Shown here: positions 44,268 to 53,318 of the stretch, one piece after another
Layout of the letters: every line of letters begins with the position of its first letter
How positions within the stretch are numbered: the first letter of the stretch is position 1
Source: a virus
Taxonomy: Duplodnaviria > Caudoviricetes
IMG/VR virus record: IMGVR_UViG_3300028802_000015
Coordinates: 1-61,297 of that record
Length of the DNA: 61,297 nucleotides
Strand: one strand, 5' to 3'
Notes under the pieces: model-generated
What the model saw: the letters and a program-made list of their open reading frames with translations, nothing else
Databases searched by the model: none
Told to the model about the DNA's origin: nothing
Translations under genes and position numbers: made by a program

Positions 44268-47098
44268 TACTGCTCCACTCCGACCCGGGCCGCGAGCGCG
44301 GCCATGTTCTGACGCCGCTGGCTGCGGTCGCTCATCTCCCGCTCGATCGCGTCCACGATCGCTGGCACGTCCACGTCCACCTTGACGGTCGTCTCGGCGG
44401 CCAGGGGGACCGCACCGGCCGCGACCAGGGCGACCTGGGTGCCGTTCTTGACGCCGACCCGGGGGACGGGGAAGCCCTGGACCGGGACGGACAGTGCGGC
44501 GATCATCTCCATCTCGCCGCCGATTCGCCGCCAGTCGCCGGACAGCGGGCAGGACCGCAGTGCGGCCTTGGTGTCGTCGTCGCAGTCGGGCCGGAGGCAC
44601 CCGGCGACCCAGATGCCGTGCTCGTCCTCCCCGCAGGTGATGTTGGCGACCACACTGGACGTGCTGTCGTAGTGCGCCACCGCGGCCTGCGGTCGGAGGG
44701 TCCGCCCGGCGTGCCCACCGCCGAGGGTGATGTTGCCGCAGGGCACCGGGCCTGCGGTGGTCTGCACCTCACCGGTCAGGAAGTACGCGTAGTTGCTGGC
44801 CGAGTGCGGCGGGGCGACGCACACGTCCTCGAACCCGACGTGGCACGTCTCCCACCCGGCGAGGTGGCCGAACACCCGGCCGTCGTCGGTGATGGTGAGC
44901 GGGGTGAGGCTGTCGAACTCGGGGTCCTCGAACCACTCGGACGGCGCACACCAGCCGCCACCGGCGACCAGGCTGACCGCGGCGGCGGGCTCGGCGTCGG
45001 CGCTGTGCTGCTCGGTCGGGGCGCGGCCGGGCCAGAAGCCGAGCGCGTCGTGGTGCCACTGCGCGCAGATTTGGTTCAGGAAGCGGGTCTTGTCCGGGGA
45101 GTTCTCGGCGATCTCCTCACCGACCAGGGTGCGGCACCGGTTGAAGTCGCCGGGCACACCCCAGTTGATCTTGGCGTAGCCCTCCTCGCCGGGGCGGGTC
45201 CAGTAGTCGTGCAGCCGCTTCGTCTCCCGCGGGTGGGTGACCCAGCCGGGGCCGCGGCGGAACGCCTCGGGCAGGATGACCGCGGCCTTGAGCACATCCG
45301 GCGGGTCCTCGCCCAACTGCTTGTACGCGCCGCGCAGCGCGGACTTGGCGCGGGCCTTGGCCTCCGCCGGGGCGGACACCTGGTTGAACCGGGCCGCTGC
45401 CGCGTGGACCCCGTTGCGGTTCAGCGCACCACCGGGTTCCTTGATCGGCAGGCCGTGACAGGACTTCTCCATCCCGGCGCACTTGTGCAACACGCACGCG
45501 GCCTTCCACTGCTGGTCGCTGTAGTCGGCCTGGGTGAAGTCGGACCACGGCTTGTCGGAGACGAACGTCACCGCTGCGGTCATCGCTTCCTCGTCGTCCG
45601 GCCAGCCTCCGAGGGCGATGAACGCCTGGGAGAACGCGGGGATCGGGACCATCGCCGCGGAGCAGATCCGGGCGTCGGAGAAGGTGATCTCCGAGGACTC
45701 CTCATCGAACTCGAACTCCGAGTCGTCGGCGTCGATCGACACCCCGAACTTGCCGAACTCCGCGGTGAGGCCGATCACCTCGTCGGCCTCAGGGGTCTGC
45801 AAGAACACGCCCCACCCGGCCATGAGGTTGCCGCGGCGCTCGATGCCGTCGATGCGGCCGACGACCACGGAGCCGTCGTGCCCACCGGCGGACACCTTCT
45901 GCCAGGTCAGCGGGAGGGGCAGGTCGCGGAACCGCAGCGACCCCTCGGCGAACCGGCGCTTGTCACCGGACCACACTCCCTCGGGCGCGAGGATGCCGTG
46001 CCAGGGCACCGCCTCGGTGGACGCGGCCACCTCGTCGTCCTGCACGGGGGCCTCGGTCGCGGTGTCGGTCATGGTGCCTCCTACCGGGTACTCGGTGCGG
46101 TCCTCACCGTCCCACACGGCGAGCCGGTCGAACGTGATGGACTGCACGTCGGTGGCCTCGGGCGGGAAGTCCTCGCCGTAGCCGATGGTGACGTGCGGGA
46201 TGAAGTGCGGGTGCTGGTCGTCGCTGGTCTCGTGCGCGGCGGCGACCGGCCCCTCACTGAGGAGCACGTCCCGCGCCGCCTGGATCATCGGTGACTCGCA
46301 CAGCAGGACCTTCGCGTGGTCCTCGCCGAGCGTCGCCATGCCGTTGACGCTGGCGTCGAACGGCTCGCCGATCTTCTCGGCCAGGCTGCTCACCGTGTCG
46401 TGGATGCCCTCGCGGTCAAAGTCCTGGCCTTTCCCGAGGTAGGCCAAGGTCAGGTGCTTGTCCTCCTCACCGATGCCGTGGATCGCGTGCCCCTGCTCGG
46501 GCAGCGCGACCACGACCATCGGCTTATCGGTGTCGGCGGCGGCGGTGACCGACTCCGACCCGAGCACTGGGGCGAGGGTGCAGCGGCAGTTCATCCACAG
46601 CGACGGGCTCGCCGACGGGTCGCCGGGGTAGCGCAACTTCTCGCCGCCCACGTCGAACGGCTCGAACGGTGGGCGCTGCTGCCCCTCCACATCCTTGTGG
46701 GCGACCCGCACGTCCTTGTCGTGCATGGTCACCCACTCCATGACGACGAACTCCTCGTCGGTCTGCGCGGCGGCGGAGGTCCCGGCGTTCAGGATCGCCG
46801 TCGCCAGCCACGTCGAGATCCGATCGACCGAGTTGGCGTCCGGGTCCTTCGTCTTGTCCAGCGCGCCCCGGATCTCCGCGGCGAACTCCGCACCCGTGGG
46901 GTGCGGGTCACCGGTGCCGCCCTCGGTGTGGAACACCGAGAGGTACTGGCGGGTCGCCTCACGGATCAGGTCGTCGTACCAGCCCTGCACCGGGAACGCG
47001 TCCACCGCCTCCCGCACGATCGGGAACAGCGACTTCTCCATGTCGTCCTGGTCGCCGCGCCGCTGGGCGGCGAACTCGGCGATCGCAACGAGCCTCAC
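44267..47098 (-). CDS. MuF-like + 2H phosphoesterase + capsid maturation protease fusion
   Basis: MuF: EWVTMHDKDVRVAH..LRYPGDP..NCRC; 2H: HLTL and PHVT; protease region after internal ATG 46072. Confidence 0.85.
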   Translation of the reverse strand: MRLVAIAEFAAQRRGDQDDMEKSLFPIVREAVDAFPVQGWYDDLIREATRQYLSVFHTEGGTGDPHPTGAEFAAEIRGALDKTKDPDANSVDRISTWLATAILNAGTSAAAQTDEEFVVMEWVTMHDKDVRVAHKDVEGQQRPPFEPFDVGGEKLRYPGDPSASPSLWMNCRCTLAPVLGSESVTAAADTDKPMVVVALPEQGHAIHGIGEEDKHLTLAYLGKGQDFDREGIHDTVSSLAEKIGEPFDASVNGMATLGEDHAKVLLCESPMIQAARDVLLSEGPVAAAHETSDDQHPHFIPHVTIGYGEDFPPEATDVQSITFDRLAVWDGEDRTEYPVGGTMTDTATEAPVQDDEVAASTEAVPWHGILAPEGVWSGDKRRFAEGSLRFRDLPLPLTWQKVSAGGHDGSVVVGRIDGIERRGNLMAGWGVFLQTPEADEVIGLTAEFGKFGVSIDADDSEFEFDEESSEITFSDARICSAAMVPIPAFSQAFIALGGWPDDEEAMTAAVTFVSDKPWSDFTQADYSDQQWKAACVLHKCAGMEKSCHGLPIKEPGGALNRNGVHAAAARFNQVSAPAEAKARAKSALRGAYKQLGEDPPDVLKAAVILPEAFRRGPGWVTHPRETKRLHDYWTRPGEEGYAKINWGVPGDFNRCRTLVGEEIAENSPDKTRFLNQICAQWHHDALGFWPGRAPTEQHSADAEPAAAVSLVAGGGWCAPSEWFEDPEFDSLTPLTITDDGRVFGHLAGWETCHVGFEDVCVAPPHSASNYAYFLTGEVQTTAGPVPCGNITLGGGHAGRTLRPQAAVAHYDSTSSVVANITCGEDEHGIWVAGCLRPDCDDDTKAALRSCPLSGDWRRIGGEMEMIAALSVPVQGFPVPRVGVKNGTQVALVAAGAVPLAAETTVKVDVDVPAIVDAIEREMSDRSQRRQNMAALAARVGVEQ

Positions 47099-48876
47099 GT
47101 GGGCACCTCCGCGAGTAGCAGCCAGTCCACCAGCCGACCGCGTTCATGCGCGGACTGCTCGGCCAGCAGAGCGTGGCAGTACGAGTCGAGCACCGGCACG
47201 ATCTGCGCCGGGTCAGCGATCCCGTCGAGCACCTGTGCGGCGCACGACCAGGCGTCCTCCAACAGCCGGTCACCGGAGCCGTTCGACTTCACGTAGCAGT
47301 GCGTCTCGTACGCGGGGACCCCAGGCGGCTTGAGCCCGTTCGAGTTGCGCAGCCGATTCCCGGCCCGTTCCAGCGCCCGGAACACCAGGGCCTCACTCGC
47401 CGCGAGCAGCGCCGCGGCCGGTCGCTCCGCCGGGGTCCTCGGGTTCACCGGGTGGTCGAGCAGGCTCGGCGACTGCGGTGTCTCGCGGGTCTGGCCGCCG
47501 TCCGTGAGGACTCCGAGGTCTACGCCCAGAGCGGCGAGCGCGGCCTGCACCTGTTCCGGTGTTGACGACCCGGACGCGACCTTCACCAGCAGCCACTTCC
47601 TGTGTTCCTCCTCATCTGGCAGGTCGTCCATGTCGAAGCCGTTCTCCCGCAGCAGGGCCTCGACCTTGAGCAGCCCACGGTCGTACAACTCGAACGCTTC
47701 CTTCGACCGGTCCGGGCGCAGCCGCAGCCGGGACGAGTCGTAGAGCACCAGGGCGAACGAGTTGGTGCCGAGCGCGGGCCGCAGGTAGCCCATCGTCAGC
47801 GCGTTGACGACCACATCGAGCATCGGCTCGATGAACATCTTGATCGTGGACTCCTCGATCTGCCACGCGCCCCAGTGGGACACGCCGTTCGAGGAGCCGC
47901 CTCCGGTGCCGCCGTTGCTGCTCATCCCGAGCACCTGCTCCGGCGGCAGGTCCATGCCGAGCGCGAACCGGCGGATCGCTTCGTCGCGCAGTTCCTTCGC
48001 GTTCGCGTCGAGTTCCGACCAGAAGGTCAGCAGCCGCGCCTTGTCGATCGCGTCGTCGGGGGCGGTGACCACGATCGGGACCATCGCCGCCGGGGACCCC
48101 GGGTTCTCGATGGGGGTGAGCATCGCGTCGGCCAGGGTGAGCATGAACGAGTCGGCGTCGTTGGTCGTCTCGATCGCCATGCCGTCCCGGTCCGGCGGCG
48201 GCGGGAACGTCATGCCCTGCGGCATCATCAGGATGCCCGCACCGGCGAGGCGGGACTGGATCTGCGCGAACACGTGACGGGTCAGCCACTCGATCTCGCC
48301 GAGCAGCGGCAGCAGCGACCGGAACGGGGAGTCCGCCTCGATCCGTTTCGCTGGCGATGGCAGCCAGATGCGGATCACCACGTCGTCCTCAGACAGCGGG
48401 ATCGGCGGGTTGCCGTCCTGATAGTTGATCACCCAGGTGTCGCCGGTGACGACCAACTCCAAGACGGAGATGACCTCCCACACGTCCACACCATCGACCT
48501 CCCGGCCGACCAGGTAGCACTCCCCGGCGATGGTGAGGTGGACACCGATCGAGTCGAGCATCTCGGTCTGGCCGTCCTTGCCGTTGAACAGCGCGTCGAG
48601 CGCGTCCTGGGCCGGACCGGTCGGGGTGTCCACCACCACCCCGCCCTGCATCTCCCCGGTCTTGAGGCTGGCTCGCGACACGGCGTGACCAAAGAACCGG
48701 GCCGCGAACCGCGCCTCCCCGCAGATCGCGTAGTGCCGGTAGCACTCCCGCTGCCAGTCCTGGTGCGGCAGGTAGATCCGCGCGGACGACTTGCCCGGGT
48801 AGCGGGTGGATGAGGCGACCAGCGAAGTCGTCGGCATGACGGGTGCTGGGGCGGGCTGTCGTCGCGTGCGGGGCAT
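47095..48876 (-). CDS. Portal protein
   Basis: 593 aa between terminase and MuF; SRLAGAGIL, AIRRFALGMDLPPEQVLG, HWGAWQI. Confidence 0.88.
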   Translation of the reverse strand: MPRTRRQPAPAPVMPTTSLVASSTRYPGKSSARIYLPHQDWQRECYRHYAICGEARFAARFFGHAVSRASLKTGEMQGGVVVDTPTGPAQDALDALFNGKDGQTEMLDSIGVHLTIAGECYLVGREVDGVDVWEVISVLELVVTGDTWVINYQDGNPPIPLSEDDVVIRIWLPSPAKRIEADSPFRSLLPLLGEIEWLTRHVFAQIQSRLAGAGILMMPQGMTFPPPPDRDGMAIETTNDADSFMLTLADAMLTPIENPGSPAAMVPIVVTAPDDAIDKARLLTFWSELDANAKELRDEAIRRFALGMDLPPEQVLGMSSNGGTGGGSSNGVSHWGAWQIEESTIKMFIEPMLDVVVNALTMGYLRPALGTNSFALVLYDSSRLRLRPDRSKEAFELYDRGLLKVEALLRENGFDMDDLPDEEEHRKWLLVKVASGSSTPEQVQAALAALGVDLGVLTDGGQTRETPQSPSLLDHPVNPRTPAERPAAALLAASEALVFRALERAGNRLRNSNGLKPPGVPAYETHCYVKSNGSGDRLLEDAWSCAAQVLDGIADPAQIVPVLDSYCHALLAEQSAHERGRLVDWLLLAEVPT

Positions 48877-48917
48877 CTACCTCACCTGCCGTGAGCGAGC
48901 GCTTGAACGGGAGTGTG

Positions 48918-49253
48918 TCACTGCTCGGGTGGTTCGTCGTAGGCCACGACCATCGCCGCCACGTAGGAGGTCGCCCACCAGCCGTTCAGCAGCCACCACG
49001 TCCAGTGGAAATCGGACAGGAACGCCCAGGCGACCATCACGGCCATGAGGTACGGGGAGAGACAGAACGGGCACCGCAGTAGCGGGGCCCATTTACTGTC
49101 CGGTCCGATGGTCACCAGGATCTTCGTCCGGAGCCACATCATCGGCGGGAAGTCATCGAAGGTGATGAGCCGCGCAGTCCTCGCGACCGACAGGACCCCG
49201 ACCACGAAGGCAGCGATGATGGTGAACTTGTCTAGGCCCTCGAACGGGTGCAT
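48918..49253 (-). CDS. Membrane protein with CPFC motif (DUF1360-like)
   Basis: RTARLITFDD..CPFCLSPY plus TM segments. Confidence 0.75.
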   Translation of the reverse strand: MHPFEGLDKFTIIAAFVVGVLSVARTARLITFDDFPPMMWLRTKILVTIGPDSKWAPLLRCPFCLSPYLMAVMVAWAFLSDFHWTWWLLNGWWATSYVAAMVVAYDEPPEQ

Positions 49254-49267
49254 GGCTCCCTTGTCGG

Positions 49268-49280
49268 TTTAGTGACTAAA
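49268..49280. promoter_or_regulatory. 13-bp palindrome TTTAGTGACTAAA (copy 24)
   Basis: Read directly; supplies the terL stop. Confidence 0.9.
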
Positions 49281-50697
49281 CGGCGCGCAGGTGTCGCCCG
49301 TCGGCGACCCTCTCACGGAGCAGGGTCGTCGGGTTGGCGATCGCTGCGGGCATGACCTGCTTGGCGAGTTCCGTGACGGCGTGCACCAGGGCGTCCAGCC
49401 GGTTCGGGGAGTCCATGTTGCTGCCCGGCACCCAGGTGGTCAGTTCGTCCTCCAAGGTCGCCAGGTCGCCCCGGCGGCCCACGTGGAACACCCGCTGCTT
49501 CTCGTACAGCGCGACCACCGGCTCCGCGCGGATCGCCTTGCCGCGGCGGGAGTTGACCGGGATGATCCGCGCACCTTTGTGGCCGGAGGACTCCAAGGTG
49601 TGCTTGACCATCTCGCCGCCGTAGTTCTTCTCCGGCACGATCGCGTCAGCGGAGAGGTCCTCGTACTCGGCGTTGGCCCGGCTCGCCCACCCGGCGGGGG
49701 TGTAGCGGTCGGACACGTCGGAGAGCACGTAGAGGTTCTTGTCCACGCCGATCCCGACGGCGACGATCCCGGTCTCGTCGTTGGCGGGCTTGTGCCCACC
49801 GGCGGGGTCCACGCCGATGACGATGCGGATCAACTGCGGGACGGCTTCGGGCTCGATCCACTGGAACATGTCCCAGGTCCACAGCGCGCCCTCCACGTCC
49901 TCCAACACCTCGCCGTGGAGTTCCTGCTTGCCCAGGCGGGTGCCTTCGTAGCGGTCGAGGATGACGGCCTTGAAGGTGTCCGCGAGGTTGGCGAGGTTGG
50001 CGTAGGTCGAGGCCCGGTGGGTGACGGTGAGCGGGTCGGCGATCAGTGCCTTGAGCCACTTGATCGGCTTAGGTGTGGAGGTCGCCACGATCTTCGGGTT
50101 ACGGCCCATCCGCAGCCCGAACAGGGCGTTGTCCCACACGTCCTTGATGAGCGGGAAGTGGGCGGGCTCGTCGGCCCAGACGAACCCGGTCTGCGGCCCG
50201 CGGAGCCGGTCGGGTTCCTCGGCGGAGAACCCTTGGCCGATGCAGCCGTTGGGCCAGGTGAGCCGCTTCTTGCTGGGCTCCCACTCGGGGCGCTTGCCGG
50301 GCGGGCTGGTCGCCAGGATGCCGGACACGCCTTCGATCATGGTGTCGCGCAGGTCGGGTCCGGTGGCGGCGATGAGCGCGACGCGCGGGGTGACCTTGGT
50401 GACCCGGTGGGTGACCTCCGCGCCGGTCCGGGTCTTGCCGGACCCGCGGCCACCGGACAGCAGCCAGGTCAGCCAGTTGTCGTTCCACCTGGGCGGGCGC
50501 TGGTCGAGGCGGGCGTGCTCCCACTCCCAGCCCTCGTGCGGGCGTCCGTCGCAGGTGAGGATCGGGCAGTAGAACGGACGCCACGCAAGCGTGTGCTCCC
50601 GTTCCCTCAGGAGTTCGAGAGCACGCGCCTGCGCTTCGGGCTTCCACTGTCGGTAGGCGTCCAGCGCTGACACGTCGCCTTGTGCTTCATCACGCAT
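49276..50697 (-). CDS. terL: Terminase large subunit (start 50697 or 50673)
   Basis: GGRGSGKT Walker A; LRGPQ; WADE Walker B; GVDPA, DETG and SPNRLDAL nuclease motifs. Confidence 0.95.
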   Translation of the reverse strand: MRDEAQGDVSALDAYRQWKPEAQARALELLREREHTLAWRPFYCPILTCDGRPHEGWEWEHARLDQRPPRWNDNWLTWLLSGGRGSGKTRTGAEVTHRVTKVTPRVALIAATGPDLRDTMIEGVSGILATSPPGKRPEWEPSKKRLTWPNGCIGQGFSAEEPDRLRGPQTGFVWADEPAHFPLIKDVWDNALFGLRMGRNPKIVATSTPKPIKWLKALIADPLTVTHRASTYANLANLADTFKAVILDRYEGTRLGKQELHGEVLEDVEGALWTWDMFQWIEPEAVPQLIRIVIGVDPAGGHKPANDETGIVAVGIGVDKNLYVLSDVSDRYTPAGWASRANAEYEDLSADAIVPEKNYGGEMVKHTLESSGHKGARIIPVNSRRGKAIRAEPVVALYEKQRVFHVGRRGDLATLEDELTTWVPGSNMDSPNRLDALVHAVTELAKQVMPAAIANPTTLLRERVADGRHLRAV

Positions 50698-50801
50698 GGG
50701 ATGCACCACAGGGTGCGGTGCAGCCGGGTCGCCCGCTGGCCCACGGTGAACACGCGACCGCAGCCGCCTGCGCATCGCGCGGTGTACCGGACCTTGACCA
50801 T
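50607..50801 (-). CDS. Small Zn-finger-like protein
   Basis: CAGGC...WCIPC; overlaps the terL start. Confidence 0.5.
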   Translation of the reverse strand: MVKVRYTARCAGGCGRVFTVGQRATRLHRTLWCIPCVMKHKATCQRWTPTDSGSPKRRRVLSNS

Positions 50802-50832
50802 GTGATCATGTTACCCACCTGACACATGGTCC

Positions 50833-51165
50833 TCACCTGACTTCCTCGACCGTGTTGGCAGGGCCGACCAACACGACACCGCCGGTGCGGTCCTCGGTGA
50901 TCGACCGGCGCATGGTGCCCTCGGCCGGGTCGTACACGTGGGCGGACGGGCCGCGGGGCTCCGGCAGGTCGTCCAGCAGGGCTTGCAGGTCCAGACCCAG
51001 GTCGCGGGCCAGGGCCTCGCAGACCGCGTGCTGCACGTACACCGTGTTCGACACGATCCCGGTCGCCAGACACGCCTGGTAGATCATGTGCGGCATCGCC
51101 GCGGAGGTCGTGAACTGGATCTTGGCCCGGTTCGGCCAGCGGTCCGGGTCGAGGCGGAAGGTCAC
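50833..51165 (-). CDS. Hypothetical protein, possibly ribbon-helix-helix
   Basis: KIQFTTS strand then two helices; GTG overlapping upstream stop. Confidence 0.6.
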   Translation of the reverse strand: MTFRLDPDRWPNRAKIQFTTSAAMPHMIYQACLATGIVSNTVYVQHAVCEALARDLGLDLQALLDDLPEPRGPSAHVYDPAEGTMRRSITEDRTGGVVLVGPANTVEEVR

Positions 51166-51701
51166 TAGCCCCCCAGAGCGCGCGGCTCGTCGTCGGGGAT
51201 GATCTCCCCTTCGAGAATGTCGTACTCCTCCACGTCGGGCACCCGCAGCGCGGTCACCGCCGCCACCCACTCCTCCAACTGCGACTGGGTGGGGCTGTGC
51301 ACGACGAACTCGGTCGGTGCGTCGAGCCCGAACAACTTGGCGTGCCGGTCCACGATCTCGCGGGCCTTGGTCACCGCGAGCAGGTGCTCCGGGTGCTCCC
51401 CGTCGATCGCCTTGGGCCACACCCCGAGCAGCAACCGGTCCAGCCGGGCCCCCGCCAGGCGGCGCATCGCGTCCCGGTCCTCGGTGTGGAGTTGCCGCTC
51501 CAACGCCTTCTCGGTGGCAACGAGCGCCTGCCTGGCGGTCGGGTAGCCGAGGGTCTTGGCGATATCCGCCCAGGTGGCCCCCGCCAACTTCATCTGGATC
51601 GCTGCGTTCGACTTGCGCTCCCGTGCCCGGCGCACAGCGGTCCGATCTTGCCCAGGTCCCTTGGCGACCCCGGTCGGGTCGGACGAGTCCTGAGCGTGCA
51701 C
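51165..51701 (-). CDS. terS: Terminase small subunit (HTH)
   Basis: AIQMKLAGATWADIAKTLGY..RLDRL..AKLFGLDAP. Confidence 0.8.
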   Translation of the reverse strand: MHAQDSSDPTGVAKGPGQDRTAVRRARERKSNAAIQMKLAGATWADIAKTLGYPTARQALVATEKALERQLHTEDRDAMRRLAGARLDRLLLGVWPKAIDGEHPEHLLAVTKAREIVDRHAKLFGLDAPTEFVVHSPTQSQLEEWVAAVTALRVPDVEEYDILEGEIIPDDEPRALGG

Positions 51702-51727
51702 GTCTACTCCTAACGAGACCCCGTGTG

Positions 51728-51740
51728 TTTAGTGACTAAA
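51728..51740. promoter_or_regulatory. 13-bp palindrome TTTAGTGACTAAA (copy 25)
   Basis: Read directly. Confidence 0.9.
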
Positions 51741-51745
51741 CCACG

Positions 51746-51844
51746 TCAGTCCGCGTTGATCGAGACGCCGAACAGGAGAAGCACCACTCCGACCAGGACG
51801 AGAGCCAGCAGAATCGTGATCGCCTGGACCTGTCGTGGGGTCAT
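51746..51844 (-). CDS. 32-aa single-TM peptide
   Basis: MTPRQVQAITILLALVLVGVVLLLFGVSINAD; ATGA overlap. Confidence 0.55.
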   Translation of the reverse strand: MTPRQVQAITILLALVLVGVVLLLFGVSINAD

Positions 51845-52050
51845 TCCTCATCGCCTCCGTTGCTCGCGCTGTTCTTGATCGCCTCGCGCTTGTGGAACCC
51901 GCGGGGCCAGTGGTACGCCGCATACTGGATGATCGCGGTGGCGATCGCACCTCCGATGACGCTGATCGCACCAGCGATTGACGGATCGACGGCGTGCACC
52001 GTCATCACCGCCAGGCTGTTACTCACGTGGGACTCCGTTGCTGTTCTCAT
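51841..52050 (-). CDS. Small membrane protein (lysis region)
   Basis: One TM segment. Confidence 0.65.
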   Translation of the reverse strand: MRTATESHVSNSLAVMTVHAVDPSIAGAISVIGGAIATAIIQYAAYHWPRGFHKREAIKNSASNGGDEE

Positions 52051-52474
52051 GCACCGTCTTGAGGTGCGGTTTCCCGAATGGGTCGTGATCCGGGGTGGAG
52101 TCCCTGACCTCTTGGAAGAACGCCCCCGCTGCCATGATCACCGTGAAGAACGCCAGCCCTGACCGATACCAGGCGGGATGGGTCGCCAGGACATAGAGCA
52201 GGAACCGCCCCACCCATACGCCGCAGGCGATGGACATGGCGATCTCCATGACGTGCTGCTTGCAGTTCCACCAGGAGAAGGCGAGCATGAGCATGGAGAG
52301 CAGGGCAGCACCGCCGACGAGTCCCGCAATCCAGGTCTGCCCCAGGGCGGTGTCGTCGGCAAAGAACGCTTCGGCTGCGGTGACGCCCATCATCCCCATC
52401 AGGCCGAACGAGAACGGCTTGATCGGGCGGTTGAGGAACAGCCACGGCAGGTCCATAGATGCCAGGTTTCTCAC
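52019..52474 (-). CDS. Multi-TM membrane protein (holin candidate)
   Basis: About four hydrophobic segments; downstream of endolysin. Confidence 0.65.
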   Translation of the reverse strand: MRNLASMDLPWLFLNRPIKPFSFGLMGMMGVTAAEAFFADDTALGQTWIAGLVGGAALLSMLMLAFSWWNCKQHVMEIAMSIACGVWVGRFLLYVLATHPAWYRSGLAFFTVIMAAGAFFQEVRDSTPDHDPFGKPHLKTVHENSNGVPRE

Positions 52475-52550
52475 CCATCCATTATCGGACGCTCACGCAG
52501 CGTCATTGACCCGTTTGCCCTCGGATGATCGGCCATTTCTGCACGCCGAT

Positions 52551-53075
52551 CTATCGAGCGCAGGTGAGGATCGTCCGGTTGGTGTCCACTGGTTCTCGCT
52601 GGTGCACGCTCAGTTCTTGCAGAGTAAAGCCGGGCGGGCAGGTCGCTGCCGGACCTGCTGGGCCGGTGGCTCCGGTGGCTCCGGTGGCTCCTGTTGCCCC
52701 GGTCGCACCGGTCTGTCCGGTCACTCCCTGTGCACCGCGTGGGCCGCGCCTGCCCCTGGGTCCGCGAGGCCCCTCCGCGCCTGTCGCACCTGTCGCTCCG
52801 GTCGGGCCGGTGGCACCCTGAGGGCCGGTGGCACCCACACCCCCCCTGACGGTGGCACCGGTAAGGCCGGTCGGTCCCTGTCCCCCCTGCGGACCGGCCG
52901 GTCCCCGTTCCCCCACCGGGCCTGCTGGTCCTGTCGGCCCCGGTGGTCCGGTGGGCCCGGGTTTAGTGACTAAACGCGCCGCCTCGACCGGCTCCGGTTC
53001 TGGCACGGCGATGGCGATCGTGAACGAGGTGACGGTCAGCACTCCGGCGGCGGCGAAGCCGAGGACGGGGTTCAC
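52551..53075 (-). CDS. Membrane-anchored collagen-like protein; palindrome copy 26 in frame as LVTK
   Basis: N-terminal TM, Gly-X-Y run, C-terminal Cys pair. Confidence 0.75.
   Translation of the reverse strand: MNPVLGFAAAGVLTVTSFTIAIAVPEPEPVEAARLVTKPGPTGPPGPTGPAGPVGERGPAGPQGGQGPTGLTGATVRGGVGATGPQGATGPTGATGATGAEGPRGPRGRRGPRGAQGVTGQTGATGATGATGATGATGPAGPAATCPPGFTLQELSVHQREPVDTNRTILTCAR
52962..52974. promoter_or_regulatory. 13-bp palindrome TTTAGTGACTAAA (copy 26, intragenic)
   Basis: Read directly. Confidence 0.9.
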
Positions 53076-53314
53076 TCGTCCCCCTTCCCCCTGGCCCGCA
53101 TGGTGGCGTCGCTGCGCCCGGCCAGGAACCCGGCCAGCAGGCTGATCAGGGTGTTGATCACGTCGGCGACCGCGGCGAACCCGCCCCGGTTGTCCGGCTG
53201 CACGAACGAGAGGATCAAGACGGTGACGGTTGCTGAGAGCACCGCGAAGCAGACGGTCCCCGCGATCATCAGCAGCAGCAGGTCCGTGGTCGGCCGGTCC
53301 CGCAGGCCGCTCAC
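53072..53314 (-). CDS. Two-TM holin-like protein
   Basis: Two hydrophobic helices directly after endolysin. Confidence 0.65.
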   Translation of the reverse strand: MSGLRDRPTTDLLLLMIAGTVCFAVLSATVTVLILSFVQPDNRGGFAAVADVINTLISLLAGFLAGRSDATMRARGKGDE

Positions 53315-53318
53315 GGGC

